37,984 nucleotides of DNA from Octopus bimaculoides (taxonomy: Eukaryota): the NCBI RefSeq assembly GCF_001194135.2, contig NC_068987.1:32222549-32260532 (forward strand), given 5' to 3'. Below, in pieces: positions 34,893-37,984 of this stretch (position 1 is the stretch's first letter; each line of letters opens with the position of its first letter). The notes beneath the pieces are model-generated. The model ran no database searches and was not told the origin of the DNA. It saw only the letters and a list, made by a program, of their open reading frames with translations. A program made the position numbers and the translations under genes.

Positions 34893-36762
34893 ATGGCTAA
34901 GGTATTCAATGAGGCCGATTTCCCGCTCCTAATGCCAGAGGCGAAAGAACTTAATGCCGTTCCGCATGAACGCAACAGGTGGTGGAGAAGAGCAATGACT
35001 CTGAGTCTACCGCTTCTGCCTCAACTGCCACCACTACCACCATCACGTGTAAAAACTCTGCTGCTATAGCAGTCTTGCATGCCACCGTCACCAGTGACAA
35101 CAACAACAACAACAACAGCAACAACAACGACACAAATGTCCTTGCTAACACAACCACTGTCTTCACCACTGCTACCACCACTACCACCACTACCACCACA
35201 ACAAACACGAACTTTGCCGAGGCTTTGAAGCCTAGAAAAATATTGAATATATCGAAAGAGGAATTACTCGCATGCTAAGTAAAAAGGACATTACAGTCCA
35301 TCTACAAACACCCGCAGACTTTAAAAAAAAAAACATACAAAAAAACCCCATCATCTACAAAACTATAAATACAAAAACAAAGACTCCGGAAAAATTTACT
35401 CAGGAAAAGGTTGAGAAGTGTCTAAGGCTTTATGGTCTTATAAAACTTATATTACGAGAGGAACCAAGTTCGCAACAATAGAAGTAAGATTCGACAGCGA
35501 GCAACGAGCCGAGGACCTCTCCACAAAGCCATTGCAATATGAGAACCTGCTCATGATCCCTACGTACCTTGGTCGTAGGGTTACAAAGATAAAGATATCA
35601 AATGTGCCTCCTGAAATTAAGGAAGAATGGCTCGTATCTGCCATATGTCTCGGCATAGAGGAGGAAATAAACATTTTAGAAGCATCTGCCGTGTACCATG
35701 AAAACTGGATTGGCCAGGAAATTCAGCTCCTGGTACAAGTTAATCCAGCAAATTATGAGAAGATTCCTCACAGAATCCAATTAACAGAAGATTCAAGTTT
35801 CCATGTTGCCGTCGAAGGCAGAAGGCCAGTTTGCTACGTTTGTAGTAGCAAAACTCATCTTCGAAACACATGCCCAGTAGCCCAGGAGCAAAGGNNNNNN
35901 NNNNCTCATCTTCGAAACACATGCCCAGTAGCCCAGGAGCAAAGGCAACAACAACGTCAACAAGACCAAGAAAGACACAGCATTACTTCCCACACCGCCA
36001 TATGCACAACTGGTCAAGCACCTGTACAAAGAAATGGAGAAACGCCAGCAACCAGCAAGCCAGCCGAACCAAACAACAACACCACCAGTACCACCAAGAA
36101 CAGAATCAGCACCATCATCACCACCACCACCAACAACAACAACCCCACAAGAAGAAGGGAACACGAAAAAGACTCACACCCCNNNNNNNNNNNNNNNNNN
36201 NNNNNNNNNNNNNNNNNNNNNNNNNNNNNNNNNNNNNNNNNNNNNNNNNNNNNNNNNNNNNNNNNNNNNNCAGATGAAGATGACACAGAGGATTGGCAAG
36301 TGGCCACGGGAGGAAGAAGAAAAAGAGGAAAACAAGAACGGAAAAACAAACAAACAAAGCGGGGAGGTTTACCAGCCCCGAAACCAACACATCCACAGAA
36401 AACAAAAACACCAACACAAACGCACCAACACACAACCCCCCAACAATGTTGATAGCGATAAACACAAACAATCCAGACCTAATGAGATTCATTAGGTCAA
36501 ACACTGACATAACAGAAAATGACACGAAAACAAGCAATCACCCACGCACAACACCACCACAACACATCAAAATCATACACATAACACGTAGCACATACTG
36601 AAATCTCTCTACCCGGATGCAGTAGGGAGATTCCAAAAATATTCCTCAAAATAACTATATAAAGACCTTCTGAGAGAAGACTGTGAGGCGAAGAATCAGG
36701 AACTTTCGGACAGTAAGTACCTCTCTCTCTCTCTCCTTTCGTGTGTAAAACACAAATTTTGA
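34893..36762 (+). pseudogene. LINE ORF1 (gag-like, RRM-like region plus CX2CX4HX4C zinc knuckle), frameshifted
   Basis: VEGRRPVCYVCSSKTHLRNTC knuckle near 35810-35875, upstream TKIKISNVPPEI region, Thr/Asn low-complexity tracts. Start ATG at 34893 and end near 36762 are inferred across frameshifts and two gaps. Confidence 0.75.
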
Positions 36763-36769
36763 CAGGATC

Positions 36770-37984
36770 ATGCTCAAAATAGGCAGTATAAATGTACGTG
36801 GCTTGGTGTCGCCTTGAAAACAAGGGTACCTGTTAAACGACATCAAGTCGCAAAATCTGCATGTCATAGCCATCAGCGAGACCAGACTCCACAGCCCTCG
36901 GGCTCTCCAGCACATGTTCGGCGGACATTTCGACATTTATTTTTCTCCGTGTCTGCCGAGAATGGGTGGAGGAGGCACCGCGGTGCTTCTTCGGAAAAGT
37001 TTGGACCTCAAAAATAAAAGCAATTTTCCTAGACCCGGTGGGTAGGCTGGTCGTCTTGGATGTCGACGGCAGCAACGGGTGTGCTTTTCGACTGATAGCA
37101 GTTTATGCACCGTCTTTAACAGGCCGGCCAGATTTCTATCAACGTCTAGAGGTTTTCTTGGGAACGTCTCGAGCTTTACTTTTAGTGGGGGATTGGAACG
37201 CTACCCTGGACACGCATCTAGATTACGCAAGCAGCGATAGCAATAGAAAGGGATGCAAAAGCCTCAAAGACCTGCTCAGACGTTTCCAACTGTCTGACAG
37301 GTACCGACTGGACCACCCGAATGTGCCAACGTGGACATGGAGTAACCGCATCGGGTCGTCCAGATCGTACTTAGATAGGGTATTCTGTAGGACAGTGGAT
37401 AAGGATAGAGTAGGTTGTCCACAATTCCACATAGTCAGCTACACAGACCACAAATTTGTCACTTGTACACTTGACTTAGATAAGGCACATAGACAGGTCC
37501 CAGTTACTGGAAGCTGAACGCGTCGTTCACGGCACGCTAGGCTTACAGGGACCGGATTAGAACTTTAGTTAAGAGAGCATTAACGGGTGCCATCATCAAC
37601 AACAGATGGTGGTATGCCCTCAAAAAAGCAATCAAATCAGAATCGGTTAGGTACAGTAAGGCCCTAGCGTTAGACCAAAATAGAATAGAGGGAGACCTAG
37701 TTAAGAAATTAGAAGAGGCACTTAGTACTGGCATCGCGTCCAACGTAGTGGAGGCGAGGAAGGCCCTCGACCAACACTTCAACACCAAACACGAAGGATG
37801 CGTTGTCAGAGCTAGGATGCGTGCTCTGAGGGACGAGGGAGTTGGAGCGGCCCGAGAGGCCCGAGTAGCGGAGCCACCATTAGGTCCCTGACAGATGAAG
37901 AAGGGCGCGAATTACTCGAGCCTGAAAGGATGTGTGAGGCCTTTCAACAGCACTCTTCCCGACTGTTCGGGACAACTGGTGGGT
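36770..37984 (+). pseudogene. LINE ORF2, AP-endonuclease domain and linker, disrupted
   Basis: MLKIGSINVRG, AISETRL, GGGTAVLL, VYAP, VGDWN, LDRVF, TDH, then YWKLN. Premature TGA at 36815-36817, +1 frameshift in the A-run near 37011-37015, further frameshift near 37500 and TAG near 37538. Confidence 0.92.

Larger units (their letters stand above)
34696..37984 (+). mobile_element. L1/Tx1-like non-LTR retrotransposon, 5' portion, degenerate, continues past window end
   Basis: Two-ORF layout: ORF1 with a CCHC knuckle, ORF2 with an N-terminal APE domain followed by WKLN and G-x-x-VRAR linker motifs typical of the L1/Tx1 clade. The 5' boundary at the end of the (CTAT)n tract is inferred. Confidence 0.88.

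Noticed and set aside
35855-35944. Direct duplication CTCATCTTCGAAACACATGCCCAGTAGCCCAGGAGCAAAGG, apparently doubling part of the zinc knuckle
   Set aside because: The identical copies flank a 10-N gap (35895-35904); typical unmerged contig overlap.

Overview
AT-rich, microsatellite-dense eukaryotic scaffold with about 3.0 kb of N gaps. The SINE and microsatellite landscape looks like an Octopus genome (inference from repeat recognition, not verified). No host protein-coding gene can be called; nearly all listed ORFs are microsatellite or gap artefacts or transposon relics. Main content: (1) a dispersed tRNA-Thr(AGT) cluster with five full-length genes and two decayed copies, three of them in a tandem unit co-amplified with a deleted mariner; (2) a degenerate tRNA-Lys(CTT)-like copy; (3) a full-length but dead Hsmar1-like mariner plus deleted or rearranged copies of a second mariner family; (4) several Penelope-like (GIY-YIG) relics, one bracketed by inverted repeats that each contain a hammerhead ribozyme fold; (5) the 5' 3.3 kb of an L1/Tx1-like LINE (zinc-knuckle ORF1, APE endonuclease ORF2) abutting a (CTAT)n tract; (6) many tRNA-derived SINEs of three families. 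I see no convincing new biological system. The hammerhead-bearing Penelope remnants, the tRNA/MITE tandem unit and the possibly target-specific Tx1 element most deserve follow-up.
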